A stretch of DNA of 64,000 bases from a virus (lineage: Duplodnaviria; Caudoviricetes). The stretch is from IMG/VR virus record IMGVR_UViG_3300044297_000138, positions 1 through 64,000 of that record; one strand, given 5' to 3'. Made by a program: the position numbers and the translations under genes. The notes below the pieces were generated by a model. That model saw only the letters and a list, made by a program, of their open reading frames with translations, was not told the DNA's origin and made no database searches. Positions 18,767 to 30,280 of the stretch are shown here, piece by piece (position 1 is the first letter of the stretch; the number at the start of each line of letters is the position of its first letter).

Positions 18767-21700
18767 ATGTCGCTATATTTTAACGTTGATCCATACTACG
18801 ATGATTTTGACCAGACAAAAAACTTTCATCGTATACTTTTCAAGCCAGGTAGAGCTGTTCAGGCCAGAGAACTGACCCAAGCACAAACTATCCTACAGGA
18901 TCAAATCACAAAGTTTGCAGATAACATCTTCAAACAAAATTCTCCTGTATCTGGTGGTCAAGTAACCACAAATTTTGATTGTTATTATATTAAATTACAA
19001 GAAACTTTCAACAATTCAGCTGTTGATGTTGATGCATTAGATGGTTTGTTGATGACAAATGCTGATGGTACAGTTAAAGCTCGTGTCATAGCCGTAGCTC
19101 CAGCAACAGGAACTGCCGGTCAAGGTGAGCCACCAACAATCGTTGTGACATACAAAACTGGTATACACTTCCAAGATAATGATATCATTTATGATGTTGA
19201 TTCAAATTTGGCAGTTCAAGCAATAGTTTCAAATGCAACTGGTAGTTCTTCAACTGCATCAATAGCCAGTGGTGTATTCTATATTCTTGGAAATTTTGTT
19301 CAAATCCAACCAAAAACAATCATTCTAGATAAGTATGACAACACACCAAGTAAACGTATTGGTTTGACTATCACAGAAACAATTTACGATTACATTAATG
19401 ATCCATCGTTATTGGATCCAGCCGTTGGTGCATCCAACTATCAGGCTCCTGGTGCTGATCGTTATGTTATTTCTTTGGCATTAGATACCAGACCCATTCA
19501 GTTGGGTGATGACCAAAACTTTGTTGAATTGGTTCGTGTGACAGATGGCCAAGTTACACCTTTGGTGGATGGTTCTGTATATAATGTGATTGATGATTAC
19601 TTTGCAAAACGTGATTATGAAACCAATGGTGATTATATCGTCAATGATTTCAAATTAACACCAAGAACAAACGAAGATTCTGCAAAATATACCTTGTCGG
19701 TTGGCAAAGGCCTTGCATATGTTCACGGTTATCGTGTAGAAAACCAGATTCAACAAGAGATTGTTTCTGACCGTGCAAGAACAACTGCATCTCAAAACAA
19801 TAGTCCAGTCTTTATTGATTTTGGTTCTTACTTCTATGTTGACAATGTTCGTGGTGCCAATGGTAGTTTCTTTGATGTTACCACATCACAAACAATTGAC
19901 CTGCATTGTGTCACAGTTGCGAATGTAAACACCTCAAGTTCATCCGCATATACATCAACAGTTATTGGTTCTGGTTATATTCGTGGTTTGGTTTACGACC
20001 ATGACACAAATGATGCATCAGGCAATACATTTGTATACAAGGCCTATGTAAATGACATTCAGTTGGCTTCACTATCTGCAAATGCAGTTTCTGGTGGTGC
20101 AACAACGATTACATTACCAGCCACATATACAGCTTCAAACACAGCCTATGTTGGTGTTAATATTCAAATCACAAAAGGTACATCTGCTGGTGACTTCAGA
20201 ACAATTACATCTTATAATGGTGTAACAAAAGTTGCAACAGTTAATCAAGCCTGGACTTCAACACCTGATACCACATCAGTATTTGTATTGAATTTTGGTA
20301 TTAAAGATGCCGAAACCGTTCTTTCTGTTGATGGCTCAAGAACAATATTGGGTACAGCAAACATTAATATTGCAGGAAAAACCAATGGTGTCTCTACTGG
20401 AGATACCGTTCTTGAAAATCCAGATGTTCCAGAAATGTTATTTAATGTTGGTTCACCTTATGTGGCCGCAATTAATAATACATCATATACAACAGAACAA
20501 TTATGGAGAAATGTATCATTCACATCTTCTGGTGGTTCTGTATCTGCACAGATTAACTTCCAAGGTTCTTTGAGTGGAATATTCCAACATTTTGGAACAC
20601 CAAACAGCGTATTGTCTGCTGATATAATTCGTCAAAATTATTCAATTGTTGTTATAAACAAAGGTTCAAACTCATCAATTGTTAATGGTGATATTATTCC
20701 TTGGACGACAGCAGGTAGAACTGTTACATTAAATAACGATGCAACAATTGCCACGTTTGCGGCTTCAGATTTGTCTCCATTTACAGCAACAATCGTTGCA
20801 AAAGTTTATGTTGAAGATGCCGACAATACAGGTAACATCAGAAAATTTAAAAACTTAATTACTGCAAATACAACAGCAGTTAATATTAGTGGCACACAAG
20901 TTAACACATATACTTTTGTTGATGATACTGCACTAACTTCAAAAGGCCAAGTGTATATACAAAACTCCGGTTTGGTATCACCTGGTTCCGCACAGAGTTT
21001 GTATCTGTCCGATGTGAAAAGAATTGTCAAAATCATTGATACAAAAGCTACTGGCACCACACCAACAGTCAACATGTTATCTAGTTCGGTGTATGATGTA
21101 ACTAATAATTACATATTTGATAACGGACAAAGAGATAGTCATTATGACCACGCAACAATCACTTTGCGTCCTGGTGCACCACAACCAATAGGAAATCTAT
21201 TGGTTCTTGTGGATTATTACCAACATACCGGTGGTGATGGTTACTTCTGCTTGTCATCATACACAAGCTCAAGTTTGCCAGAATCATATACAGGTATTGG
21301 CACTTATATTAGCAAACACGGAACACTATATTCACTACGTGATTGTATTGATTTCCGTCCTGCTCGTAAGAACGCAGATTCAAGTTTCACATATCGTTAT
21401 TCTTCAACATCAACATCATATTATGGCGTTGTGTTACCAGTAGACTTGACCTTGTTTACTGAAGATTATTCATACTACTTGGGTCGTAGAGATAAATTAA
21501 TTTTATCAAAAGATAGAAGCTTTGAAATCATTCAAGGAGCTCCTTCTTTAAATCCATTATTACCATCAGAACCGGATGGTTCATTGGTGATTGCAAATCT
21601 TACACACAGACCATATACTGGTTATTTACCAACAGAAACACCATCAGGAACTATAGCTGATTTATCAATTGAAAAGGTGAAACACAAACGTTTCACCATG

Positions 21701-24700
21701 CAAGACATTGCAAGCCTAGAAAATAGAATCAACAACATTGAATACTACACTTCATTAAGTTTGTTGGAACAAAAGGCGTCCTCATTACAAATCTCTGATG
21801 CTTATGGTCTAAACAGATTTAAAAATGGTATCATTGTTGATGACTTCAGTTCTTATTCAACAGCCGATACATTGAATACAGATTACTCTGCAACAATTAA
21901 CCGCAGAGATAGAGTGATGACCGCAACACAAAGTGTTAAAAACTTCCCATTGAAGTCTACAGCATTGTTGCGTAACATCAACGCCATTTCTCCATCAGCC
22001 GAAACTTCTTTAGGTTATTCAATCAATTCTGATGGTGATGTAAACTATTTCTCATTGCCATATACAACAGCGAATGTAGCCTCACAAAAGTTTGCATCAA
22101 GAACTGTCAATGTAAACCCATTCTCATTCTCCAATAAACAAGGTGATCTATACCTATCACCAAACATGGACAACTGGGTAGATACCAATTATGCACCTGC
22201 ATTGTTGATTACTGATCCAAACCTACAAGTTTTCCAAGCTGGCAACACCATCAATACTTTGGTTGCAGGTGATTGGAAAACAATTCCCGGAACAACACAC
22301 ACAACATCAAAGAATGTTGAAGGACACAATGTCAATCCTTCACCATTTGGTTATATTGGTTATACACAAACATCCACATATGCTTCAGCATCACAAACAA
22401 ATATTCTTGGTGCATATGACAAAATTGGCAACACATATTCATTGAACAACGGATACATTACAGACATTTCTGTTCTGCCATATATTCGTCCACAACAAAT
22501 TGTTGTTCGTGCAAAGAGTATGTTGTTCAATACTCCAGTAGATGTTTATTTTGATGGTTCAAATGTTGATAGTTATGTCCGTAAAACAAACGTTATTGAA
22601 TTGACGGGTGTATCCGGAACTTTCAATGAAGGTGATGTTATTGGATATTACGTATCTGGTTCCTTTACATCAACAGGCCGTGTCATTGGTGTTTACCAAA
22701 AAACATCCACAACTGTAAGATTGTATGTTGCTGCTGATCCATATTCAACAACATATACTACAAACGGAACATTGCAAAATGCTTTCTTTGATACCAATGG
22801 CAGTTATCAAACAACTACTGCAAGTGGTACATTATCAAGTACAAAACATTTTGGTGGTATTGTTCAAAATACAACTGGCACAACAATTAAATTGTCTGCA
22901 TTAGCATCATCAGCTAACTCCTATTATACCGGCAATACAATTTACATCAATTCTGGTACAGGCGTTGGTCAATCTGCAACAATTACAAATTATTTTGGTG
23001 CAAATCAGACCGCAGTATTGTCCTCAACAGTAAGTTGTGCCAACGGAGACATTTATTCTATTGGTACATTCAATACTGATGAGATTGGTGCCTTCTATGG
23101 TGTATTTAATTTACCAAAAAATACATTCCACAATGGTCAACGTGTATTGCGTGTGGATAATTCAAATGGTAATCCAACTGCAGCAACAACTTATGCAGAA
23201 AGCACATTCTATTCGGAAGGTCTACAAACAACACAACAAAGTTTGGACTTTGGTGCATCTCCAGCCGGCGCAAAGAATACCTTTACACAAGTTAATAAAC
23301 AAAACAATGTTTTAATTTCAACAACTTATAGTCCATGGGATCCAGTTGCACAGACATTCATCTTTGATAAAGCAACCTATCCAAATGGATTGTTCTTGAA
23401 CTCTGCAACATTCTTCTTTGCAACCAAACCAACATCTGATAATGCACCAGTTACATTGTCTATTGTTGGAACATTAAATGGTTATCCAAATGGTCAAACA
23501 TTGGATCATTCTATTGTGACCTTGTATCCAAATCAAGTTAAATCATCAAGTACACCACAGTATTTGGATAGTACAACATCAACAACGTTCAACTTTAGTG
23601 CGCCAGTTTACATACAACCAGGTGTATTGTATTCATTCATACTGAAAACAAACTCTAAAGAATATACTTTGTGGACTGCATCTAATGGTGATACCGCATT
23701 AGCATCTTCAGTTAAGAATTTGCCATCTGATCCAATACCATCAACAATCACTAAGATTGGCGGCGCACCTTATGTTGGTGCATTGTTCTTGTCACAAAAC
23801 TCACAGACATGGACAGCAGATCAGAACTCATCATTGATGTTTGTAGCTGACCGTTGTGTGTTCAATACTGCGGCAAATCCAACCATGACCTTCGTTGTGC
23901 CTAAGAAGTTGCCACAAAGAACATTGATTGAACAATCAGTACAGTATTATTTAAATGCAAATAATATTTCCAGTTCAATAGATACCATTTCAAATACTGA
24001 TGTATTGGTTGATGCATTTAATATTACAACAACTGATTTCTTACCAACCACAACCGGTGTTTCTTATTCTTATACTGCCACATTGCAAAACGGCAATCTA
24101 GCAGGCACACAGAATATTATTCCAGGTAAATTTGGCACACCAACACAAGAAGATATCTACTTGAATGATGGCCAAGGTGAACGTCTATTAATGTCAAATA
24201 CCAATTCATCTTTTACATTGAACGCACAAATTGCTTCAACAGATGATGCCGTTTCACCAATTATTTCTGATGCAGGTTTAACTACCTATGCGATCAACTG
24301 GAATATTAACAACTGTGAGTTGTCTAATAGTCTAATTACTGTTACGAATGGTGGTTCAAATTATAATGTAACAAATACTGTCGTAACATTCTCAGCGCCA
24401 ACAGGACTAAATGGTACACAGGCTTATGGTGTGGCCAATGTTGTTGCAGGAAAAGTTGATGCAATCTATGTTACAACACCAGGTTCTGGTTATATAACCA
24501 CACCAACTGTAACCGTATCGGTAACTGGTGGTGCTGCTTCTGGTGCAACAGCAACAGTTGCGGGTGAAACTAGTAAAAATGGTGGCAACGCAACAACACG
24601 TTATGTTACCAAGAAAGTTGTTCTTGATCCAGGATTTGATTCTGGTGACTTGAACGTATTCTTGACTGCATATCGTCCTGTAAACACCGACATTCAAGTG

Positions 24701-25015
24701 TATTATAAAATTCTAAACAGAAACGATACACAGAAGTTTGAAGATGGTTCATGGCAATTAATGACCAAAACCAATAGTACCGATTCTAAATATTCACAAA
24801 CCCGTGGTGAATTGTATGAATATACATTTGCACCAGGTACAACTGGTGTTGACCAAGGTTATGTGAGTTATACAAGTACGAATGGCCAGACCTATACAAC
24901 ATTCAGTCAGTTCGCATTGAAGATTGTTTTCACAACATCCGATAAGACATTTGTTCCATTTGCAACTGATATGCGTTGTATTGCTCTTCCATCTAATGTA
25001 AACACAACGGTGTAA
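18767..25015 (+). CDS. Large virion structural protein (DUF4815/VrlC-like)
   Basis: N..PYYDDFD..KNFHRILFKPG.AVQARELTQ.Q.ILQ.QI, APGADR, RFTMQDI..LE.RI.N.EYYTSLSLLE, RFKNG..VD.F, DPVAQTF, F..FALKIV. Confidence 0.85.
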   Translation: MSLYFNVDPYYDDFDQTKNFHRILFKPGRAVQARELTQAQTILQDQITKFADNIFKQNSPVSGGQVTTNFDCYYIKLQETFNNSAVDVDALDGLLMTNADGTVKARVIAVAPATGTAGQGEPPTIVVTYKTGIHFQDNDIIYDVDSNLAVQAIVSNATGSSSTASIASGVFYILGNFVQIQPKTIILDKYDNTPSKRIGLTITETIYDYINDPSLLDPAVGASNYQAPGADRYVISLALDTRPIQLGDDQNFVELVRVTDGQVTPLVDGSVYNVIDDYFAKRDYETNGDYIVNDFKLTPRTNEDSAKYTLSVGKGLAYVHGYRVENQIQQEIVSDRARTTASQNNSPVFIDFGSYFYVDNVRGANGSFFDVTTSQTIDLHCVTVANVNTSSSSAYTSTVIGSGYIRGLVYDHDTNDASGNTFVYKAYVNDIQLASLSANAVSGGATTITLPATYTASNTAYVGVNIQITKGTSAGDFRTITSYNGVTKVATVNQAWTSTPDTTSVFVLNFGIKDAETVLSVDGSRTILGTANINIAGKTNGVSTGDTVLENPDVPEMLFNVGSPYVAAINNTSYTTEQLWRNVSFTSSGGSVSAQINFQGSLSGIFQHFGTPNSVLSADIIRQNYSIVVINKGSNSSIVNGDIIPWTTAGRTVTLNNDATIATFAASDLSPFTATIVAKVYVEDADNTGNIRKFKNLITANTTAVNISGTQVNTYTFVDDTALTSKGQVYIQNSGLVSPGSAQSLYLSDVKRIVKIIDTKATGTTPTVNMLSSSVYDVTNNYIFDNGQRDSHYDHATITLRPGAPQPIGNLLVLVDYYQHTGGDGYFCLSSYTSSSLPESYTGIGTYISKHGTLYSLRDCIDFRPARKNADSSFTYRYSSTSTSYYGVVLPVDLTLFTEDYSYYLGRRDKLILSKDRSFEIIQGAPSLNPLLPSEPDGSLVIANLTHRPYTGYLPTETPSGTIADLSIEKVKHKRFTMQDIASLENRINNIEYYTSLSLLEQKASSLQISDAYGLNRFKNGIIVDDFSSYSTADTLNTDYSATINRRDRVMTATQSVKNFPLKSTALLRNINAISPSAETSLGYSINSDGDVNYFSLPYTTANVASQKFASRTVNVNPFSFSNKQGDLYLSPNMDNWVDTNYAPALLITDPNLQVFQAGNTINTLVAGDWKTIPGTTHTTSKNVEGHNVNPSPFGYIGYTQTSTYASASQTNILGAYDKIGNTYSLNNGYITDISVLPYIRPQQIVVRAKSMLFNTPVDVYFDGSNVDSYVRKTNVIELTGVSGTFNEGDVIGYYVSGSFTSTGRVIGVYQKTSTTVRLYVAADPYSTTYTTNGTLQNAFFDTNGSYQTTTASGTLSSTKHFGGIVQNTTGTTIKLSALASSANSYYTGNTIYINSGTGVGQSATITNYFGANQTAVLSSTVSCANGDIYSIGTFNTDEIGAFYGVFNLPKNTFHNGQRVLRVDNSNGNPTAATTYAESTFYSEGLQTTQQSLDFGASPAGAKNTFTQVNKQNNVLISTTYSPWDPVAQTFIFDKATYPNGLFLNSATFFFATKPTSDNAPVTLSIVGTLNGYPNGQTLDHSIVTLYPNQVKSSSTPQYLDSTTSTTFNFSAPVYIQPGVLYSFILKTNSKEYTLWTASNGDTALASSVKNLPSDPIPSTITKIGGAPYVGALFLSQNSQTWTADQNSSLMFVADRCVFNTAANPTMTFVVPKKLPQRTLIEQSVQYYLNANNISSSIDTISNTDVLVDAFNITTTDFLPTTTGVSYSYTATLQNGNLAGTQNIIPGKFGTPTQEDIYLNDGQGERLLMSNTNSSFTLNAQIASTDDAVSPIISDAGLTTYAINWNINNCELSNSLITVTNGGSNYNVTNTVVTFSAPTGLNGTQAYGVANVVAGKVDAIYVTTPGSGYITTPTVTVSVTGGAASGATATVAGETSKNGGNATTRYVTKKVVLDPGFDSGDLNVFLTAYRPVNTDIQVYYKILNRNDTQKFEDGSWQLMTKTNSTDSKYSQTRGELYEYTFAPGTTGVDQGYVSYTSTNGQTYTTFSQFALKIVFTTSDKTFVPFATDMRCIALPSNVNTTV

Positions 25016-25016
25016 T

Positions 25017-25235
25017 ATGCAAGTAAAGATTGAAGGCACATCTTTTTATAGAGATATAAACTCTATGGCTCTGGTCAACAAAGATGTTGCTGGGTTGGAA
25101 GATTATAAATCAAAGCGAAAGTATGCCGAGTCCCAAAGGCAAGAAATAAATAACTTAAAGAAAGAAATGGATTGCATCAAGAACGATGTTCTGGAAATAA
25201 AAGAAATGATGCGCCAACTACTGAATAAAGGTTAA
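25017..25235 (+). CDS. Small coiled-coil hypothetical protein
   Basis: K.EG....RD..S.A.VN.D type N-terminus; coupled to both neighbours. Confidence 0.75.
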   Translation: MQVKIEGTSFYRDINSMALVNKDVAGLEDYKSKRKYAESQRQEINNLKKEMDCIKNDVLEIKEMMRQLLNKG

Positions 25236-25236
25236 A

Positions 25237-28200
25237 ATGGCAAATACAGTTACCACACTAAATTACGCAAACACCTTTGGTGATTGGTTAGTTGCGACAG
25301 ATGCTTTGATTAGTGAGAATAATATTCTGGCTACAGGAGATTATACCAAACCATCTGGCACATTGTTTCTAAACGAAACCACTCAAAATGCTTTGATTGC
25401 CAATGGTAGTGTTGTTGTTCAGAAACAATTGCTTGTTCAAGGTTCAGGTTCATCCACAACCATGGATAGAAACTTGACTGTTGGCGGCCAAGTATACTTC
25501 ACCAACACAACTTTAGGTTTGACACACACAGGACAGGCCAACTTAAATGGATTGGTTCTAGTTCAAGGTCCAGGAATCGGTATTCAGGTATCTAATAGTG
25601 CGTATGTTGGTGGGAATACCACAATACAATATAATACAATTACAAATACCATCCAAGCCAACGCATCAGTAAACACTTCAAATTTAAGTGTAACCAGAAC
25701 AACCTATACCAATACATTACAAGCAAATACAAATGCAAACACCAGAACATTGAGTGTTACTGGTGTAACCTATACAAATTATTTGGAAGCAAATACAACT
25801 GTCAATACAGGCACAATTAGTATTTCTTCTACTGCACACACAGATACATTACAAGCAAACACAAGTGTTTTGACCGCAACCTTAACGGCAAATACATTGG
25901 TTAATGCAGCCAACGTTGTTGCTGGTGTAATCAGTTCTTCTGGTACTGTAACTGCATCACAGGTTCAAGCAAATAATTCTGTGTATGCAAACAATGTTGT
26001 TGCAAATAATTCGGTCATTGGAACGATTATATCAGCTAATGATTCCATTAGTGCAATTAATTCTCTATATGTTAGTACAGTTCAAGCCAACTCTAGCATT
26101 ACAACAGGAACCGTAACTGCAAACACATTAGTAAATGCAGCAAATATTGTATCAACAGGTTCAATTAGTGCAGCAAGTTCTTTGTTTACAAATTTAGTTC
26201 AAGCTAATACTGGAATCGTAACAGGAATTTTAGTAGCAAATACATCAGTAACCACACCAAATGTTGTTGCAGGTACAATGAGTTCTTCTGGTACTGTATC
26301 AGTATCTAGACTACAAGCAAACAGCACAATCAATACTGCTTCTGGTTATGCCGATGTATGGCAAGCCAACGTAAGAGTTAATGCACCAAATATTGTAACT
26401 GATGCCTTGTCTGTTTCAGGCACAGAATATGTTGGCAATACTATTGCAAATACTTCTATAACAACACCAGTTTTAGCAGTCACAAACAGAATTAATGCGA
26501 ATTCTGCCACTGGTTATTTCAATAACATACAAACCTTGGGTAAAGTAAGTGTTGGTGGTGATTTTGTAATCAACGGAACAACAGTATACAATTCAAACAA
26601 CTTAACATTAAGTGCTCAAAACAACAATCAAATTTCGTATTTGTCTGTTTATAGAACAGGTGCAAATGCGGCCATTCGTTGGAATGAACCACAATTATAT
26701 TGGGACATATTGAATGTCAATAGTTTAAATTATTATAGAATTTTAACTGACGAATATTTTAATGATACTACAACCAGTACAAGCACCACATCAGTTGCAA
26801 CTGCAAACTCCGTAAATGCGGTAAGTTTACGTGCTACAAGTGCAGGAGTATATGCCAACGGTGCGTTCAGACAAGCCAATGCGGCCTTCGCTGCAGCTAA
26901 TAATGTGGGTCCACAAATACAACCTACATTCACTCAAGCAAATGCGGCATTTGCACAAGCGAACGCATCTTATTCAAGAGCAAACACATCATCCAACACA
27001 TTTGTTGGTACATCCGGTTCTATTACTCCATCATCTGGTGTAATTTCATTCACAAGCAATAATGGTTTAACGATTGTTGCCACATCAGCCAACAATTTGG
27101 CAATCAGCACATCACAAGATTTAAGAACCACAGGAACACCAACTTTTGGTGGTCTATCTTTGACTGCACCTTTGGCTTTATCAGAAGGTGGTACAGGACA
27201 AACATCAGCTTCTGGTGCATTGAACGCATTGTTGCCAACAGGAACAACCGCAGGATATGTGTTGACTACTGGTGGTCCAGGTAACTTCTATTGGGCCGCA
27301 GGCGGTGGTGGCGGCGGTGGAGGTGCAGTACCTGGTACAACAATTAACTCAACACGTTTGAGTTACACAGCAAACGGACAATCTGGTTATACAGGTAACT
27401 CTTTCATTGTACCACCAGCAAAAACATCTACACAAGTTCGTGCCTATATTAATGGTGTTCGTCAATTTGAAAGTGAATATACTTTATCACTAAGTTCTTC
27501 TTCAAATACAATTGCTTTCTTAACAACACCAGCGTTAAATGATTCCATATTGGTTGAAGTTGATGGTTATTATGTCAATCCATACTATGCAAACAACATT
27601 GCATATACAATTAATAACAGTATTGATCCAACAGCAAGTACAATTCAGTTGGCAATAGACGGATTAACTAGTAAGGTTACTTCTTATTATGCAAACTTGG
27701 CATCAACATCAGCACAATCTTTTGGTGGTGTGGTAACAGGTAGAACTATGGCTGCGGGTACAAGCAATACTGCATTTGCTACAACCGCATATGTTCAAAA
27801 CCTTGTCAACGGCGGAAATAGTTTGACAGCTAGTGTTACTGGTAATGCTGGCACAGTAACGAATGGTGTATATACAAATGGAAGTTATTCAAATCCATCT
27901 TGGATCACATCTCTAGCCAATACAAAAATTACTGGAACATTTGCAGTCGGTTCAATTACAGGTTTGGCTGCATCAGCCACTACTGATACAACCAGTGCAA
28001 GTAACATTACATCTGGAACATTAGACGCTGCAAGATTATCAACTTCTGGTGTAACAGCAGGAATATACGGTACATCTTCTTCTGTTCCTGCTATTACTGT
28101 TGATGCTTATGGTAGAATAACATCAGTATCAACATATAATGTTTCTATTTCTTCAGGTTCTGTTTCTGGATTGGCCGCATCGGCCACAACCGATACAACT

Positions 28201-28776
28201 AATGCAGGAAATATTACAAGTGGAACACTAAACGCAGCTAGATTGCCTACAATATCAGCAGGTTCAATTACAGGTTTGGCCGCATCTGCTACAACAGATA
28301 CAACCAGTGCTACAAACATCACAACAGGAACATTAGGTGCGGCAAGATTGCCATACTCAATGGACCAAAGTGTTGCAACAACAAATAACGTTCGTTTCAA
28401 CTCTCTAGGTATTGGTACCGCTGCATCAGGAACTGCTGGTGAAATTCGTGCAACAAATGAAATTACTGCATACTACTCTGATGACAGACTAAAAACAAAA
28501 CTAGGTACAATTGAAAATGCATTAGACAAAGTTTCTTCATTGAATGGTTTCTATTACGAACCAAACCAAACTGCACAAGACTTGGGTTATGAAGTCAAGA
28601 AACATGTTGGTGTTTCTGCTCAACAAGTTCAAAATGTTTTACCTGAAGTTGTTAAAGATGCACCTATCGGTCAAGGTTATTTGACTGTTCAATACGAAAA
28701 ATTAGTACCACTATTAATTGAGGCCATTAAAGAATTGAAGGCTGAGATAGAAGTTCTAAAAGGAAATAATAAATGA
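25237..28776 (+). CDS. Tail fibre with C-terminal intramolecular chaperone (peptidase S74)
   Basis: NTF..W...T N-terminus, QANT-type beta repeats, YYSDDRLK, GVSAQ.V..VLPEVV, V.YEKLVPLLIEAIKEL. Confidence 0.85.
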   Translation: MANTVTTLNYANTFGDWLVATDALISENNILATGDYTKPSGTLFLNETTQNALIANGSVVVQKQLLVQGSGSSTTMDRNLTVGGQVYFTNTTLGLTHTGQANLNGLVLVQGPGIGIQVSNSAYVGGNTTIQYNTITNTIQANASVNTSNLSVTRTTYTNTLQANTNANTRTLSVTGVTYTNYLEANTTVNTGTISISSTAHTDTLQANTSVLTATLTANTLVNAANVVAGVISSSGTVTASQVQANNSVYANNVVANNSVIGTIISANDSISAINSLYVSTVQANSSITTGTVTANTLVNAANIVSTGSISAASSLFTNLVQANTGIVTGILVANTSVTTPNVVAGTMSSSGTVSVSRLQANSTINTASGYADVWQANVRVNAPNIVTDALSVSGTEYVGNTIANTSITTPVLAVTNRINANSATGYFNNIQTLGKVSVGGDFVINGTTVYNSNNLTLSAQNNNQISYLSVYRTGANAAIRWNEPQLYWDILNVNSLNYYRILTDEYFNDTTTSTSTTSVATANSVNAVSLRATSAGVYANGAFRQANAAFAAANNVGPQIQPTFTQANAAFAQANASYSRANTSSNTFVGTSGSITPSSGVISFTSNNGLTIVATSANNLAISTSQDLRTTGTPTFGGLSLTAPLALSEGGTGQTSASGALNALLPTGTTAGYVLTTGGPGNFYWAAGGGGGGGGAVPGTTINSTRLSYTANGQSGYTGNSFIVPPAKTSTQVRAYINGVRQFESEYTLSLSSSSNTIAFLTTPALNDSILVEVDGYYVNPYYANNIAYTINNSIDPTASTIQLAIDGLTSKVTSYYANLASTSAQSFGGVVTGRTMAAGTSNTAFATTAYVQNLVNGGNSLTASVTGNAGTVTNGVYTNGSYSNPSWITSLANTKITGTFAVGSITGLAASATTDTTSASNITSGTLDAARLSTSGVTAGIYGTSSSVPAITVDAYGRITSVSTYNVSISSGSVSGLAASATTDTTNAGNITSGTLNAARLPTISAGSITGLAASATTDTTSATNITTGTLGAARLPYSMDQSVATTNNVRFNSLGIGTAASGTAGEIRATNEITAYYSDDRLKTKLGTIENALDKVSSLNGFYYEPNQTAQDLGYEVKKHVGVSAQQVQNVLPEVVKDAPIGQGYLTVQYEKLVPLLIEAIKELKAEIEVLKGNNK

Positions 28777-29909
28777 CAACACAGATTAGACCTTCGGTAT
28801 TAGCCAATACAACGGTTACTCCAGGAACTTATGGTAGTGCCTCTGTAATTCCAACATATACGGTTGATGCACAAGGAAGATTGACAGGGGCTACTAATGT
28901 AAGTGTTGCAATTTCTTCTGGTGCCGTGTCTGGATTGGCCACATCTGCAACTACAGATACAACCAACGCATCTAATATTACCAGCGGAACATTACCAGTC
29001 GCAAGACTGGCGACCTCTGGTGCAACAGCCGGATCCTATGGTAGTGCTTCTTCTATTCCTTCAATAACTGTTGATGGATACGGTAGAATAACTTCCGTAA
29101 GTGCCAGTTCGGTTGCAATTTCTTATACTGCTGTGTCCGGATTGGCCACTTCGGCAACCACAGATACAACCAATGCGAGTAATATTACATCCGGAACGTT
29201 GGCTGCCGCTAGGTTGGCAACCTCTGGTGTGGTAGCTGGAAATTATAACGCACCATCACTTTCGGTTGATGCTTATGGTAGAATAACATCAATAAGTAGT
29301 GTATCATTATCTGCGTCAGCAACCACAGATACAACCAATGCATCCAATATTTCATCCGGAACATTGGCGGCCGCTAGATTACCAGCAAGTGGTGTATCAA
29401 TTGGTACATATGGTGGTTCATCAAGTATACCAGTAGTTACAGTTGATACTTATGGTAGAATAACGTCTTTGTCAACTGCAACTGTATCTATTCCCGGTTC
29501 ATCAACCAACTTTCAAGTTAACTCTTTGGGTGTCGGTACTGCCGCATCAGGAACAGCTGGTGAAATTCTTGCAACAAACAATATCACCGCTTATTATTCG
29601 GACGCAAGACTGAAAGATTTCTTGGGTACCATTCCTAATGCTTTGGAAAAGGTATTATCTTTGAACGGTTATTACTTTGTTGAGAACCAAAAAGCCAAAG
29701 AATTAGGTTACAATAATAGTTCCCGTCAAGTTGGTGTTTCCGCACAAGAAGTTGAGGCGGTATTACCAGAAATTATTGCTGATGCACCAATTAATAATAA
29801 TGTTGAAGGTGCGGATTATAAGACCGTTTACTATGAGAAATTAATTCCTTTGTTGATTGAAGCCATTAAAGAACAACAAAAACAAATTGATGAATTGAAG
29901 AACAAATAA
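28773..29909 (+). CDS. Short tail fibre with S74 chaperone
   Basis: G.YG....IP..TVD.YGRIT and SATTDTTNASNI.SGTL..ARL repeats; YYSDARLK; YEKLIPLLIEAIKEQ. Confidence 0.85.
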   Translation: MTTQIRPSVLANTTVTPGTYGSASVIPTYTVDAQGRLTGATNVSVAISSGAVSGLATSATTDTTNASNITSGTLPVARLATSGATAGSYGSASSIPSITVDGYGRITSVSASSVAISYTAVSGLATSATTDTTNASNITSGTLAAARLATSGVVAGNYNAPSLSVDAYGRITSISSVSLSASATTDTTNASNISSGTLAAARLPASGVSIGTYGGSSSIPVVTVDTYGRITSLSTATVSIPGSSTNFQVNSLGVGTAASGTAGEILATNNITAYYSDARLKDFLGTIPNALEKVLSLNGYYFVENQKAKELGYNNSSRQVGVSAQEVEAVLPEIIADAPINNNVEGADYKTVYYEKLIPLLIEAIKEQQKQIDELKNK

Positions 29910-29912
29910 ATA
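29905..29912 (+). promoter_or_regulatory. Late promoter AATAAATA
   Basis: NATAAATA at a gene boundary upstream of the 29930 ORF. Confidence 0.5.
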
Positions 29913-29929
29913 CCATAAAAAGGTAAAAT

Positions 29930-30271
29930 ATGGCTGCAGGATACCAAGAATTATTTGTAGAACAAGGTGCTAACTATTCAACTTCCATAACTTTGGATGA
30001 TAGTAATGGTGATGCCTTTGACTTAACTGACTACCAAGCAAAATGTCAGATGAAGAAGTCTTATTATTCCACAAATGCAACCGCTGAATTCACAACAACA
30101 ATTACAAGTCCAGGTAACGGAATCATATCTCTGTCTATGAATTCGGAAACCACAGCAAACATTGCTGCCGGACGATATGTGTATGATGTTATTATAAAAA
30201 GTTCTAGTAATACTGTGACCCGTGTGTTGGAAGGAATCGTTAATATTATACCTCAAGTAACCAAGTTCTAA
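29930..30271 (+). CDS. Small beta-sandwich virion adaptor (LtfC/BppU-N-like)
   Basis: L..EQGA......L......DLT.Y...CQM.K, G.I.LS.....T.....GRYVYDV, RVLEG...I.P.VT. Confidence 0.65.
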   Translation: MAAGYQELFVEQGANYSTSITLDDSNGDAFDLTDYQAKCQMKKSYYSTNATAEFTTTITSPGNGIISLSMNSETTANIAAGRYVYDVIIKSSSNTVTRVLEGIVNIIPQVTKF

Positions 30272-30280
30272 GGGGTCTAA

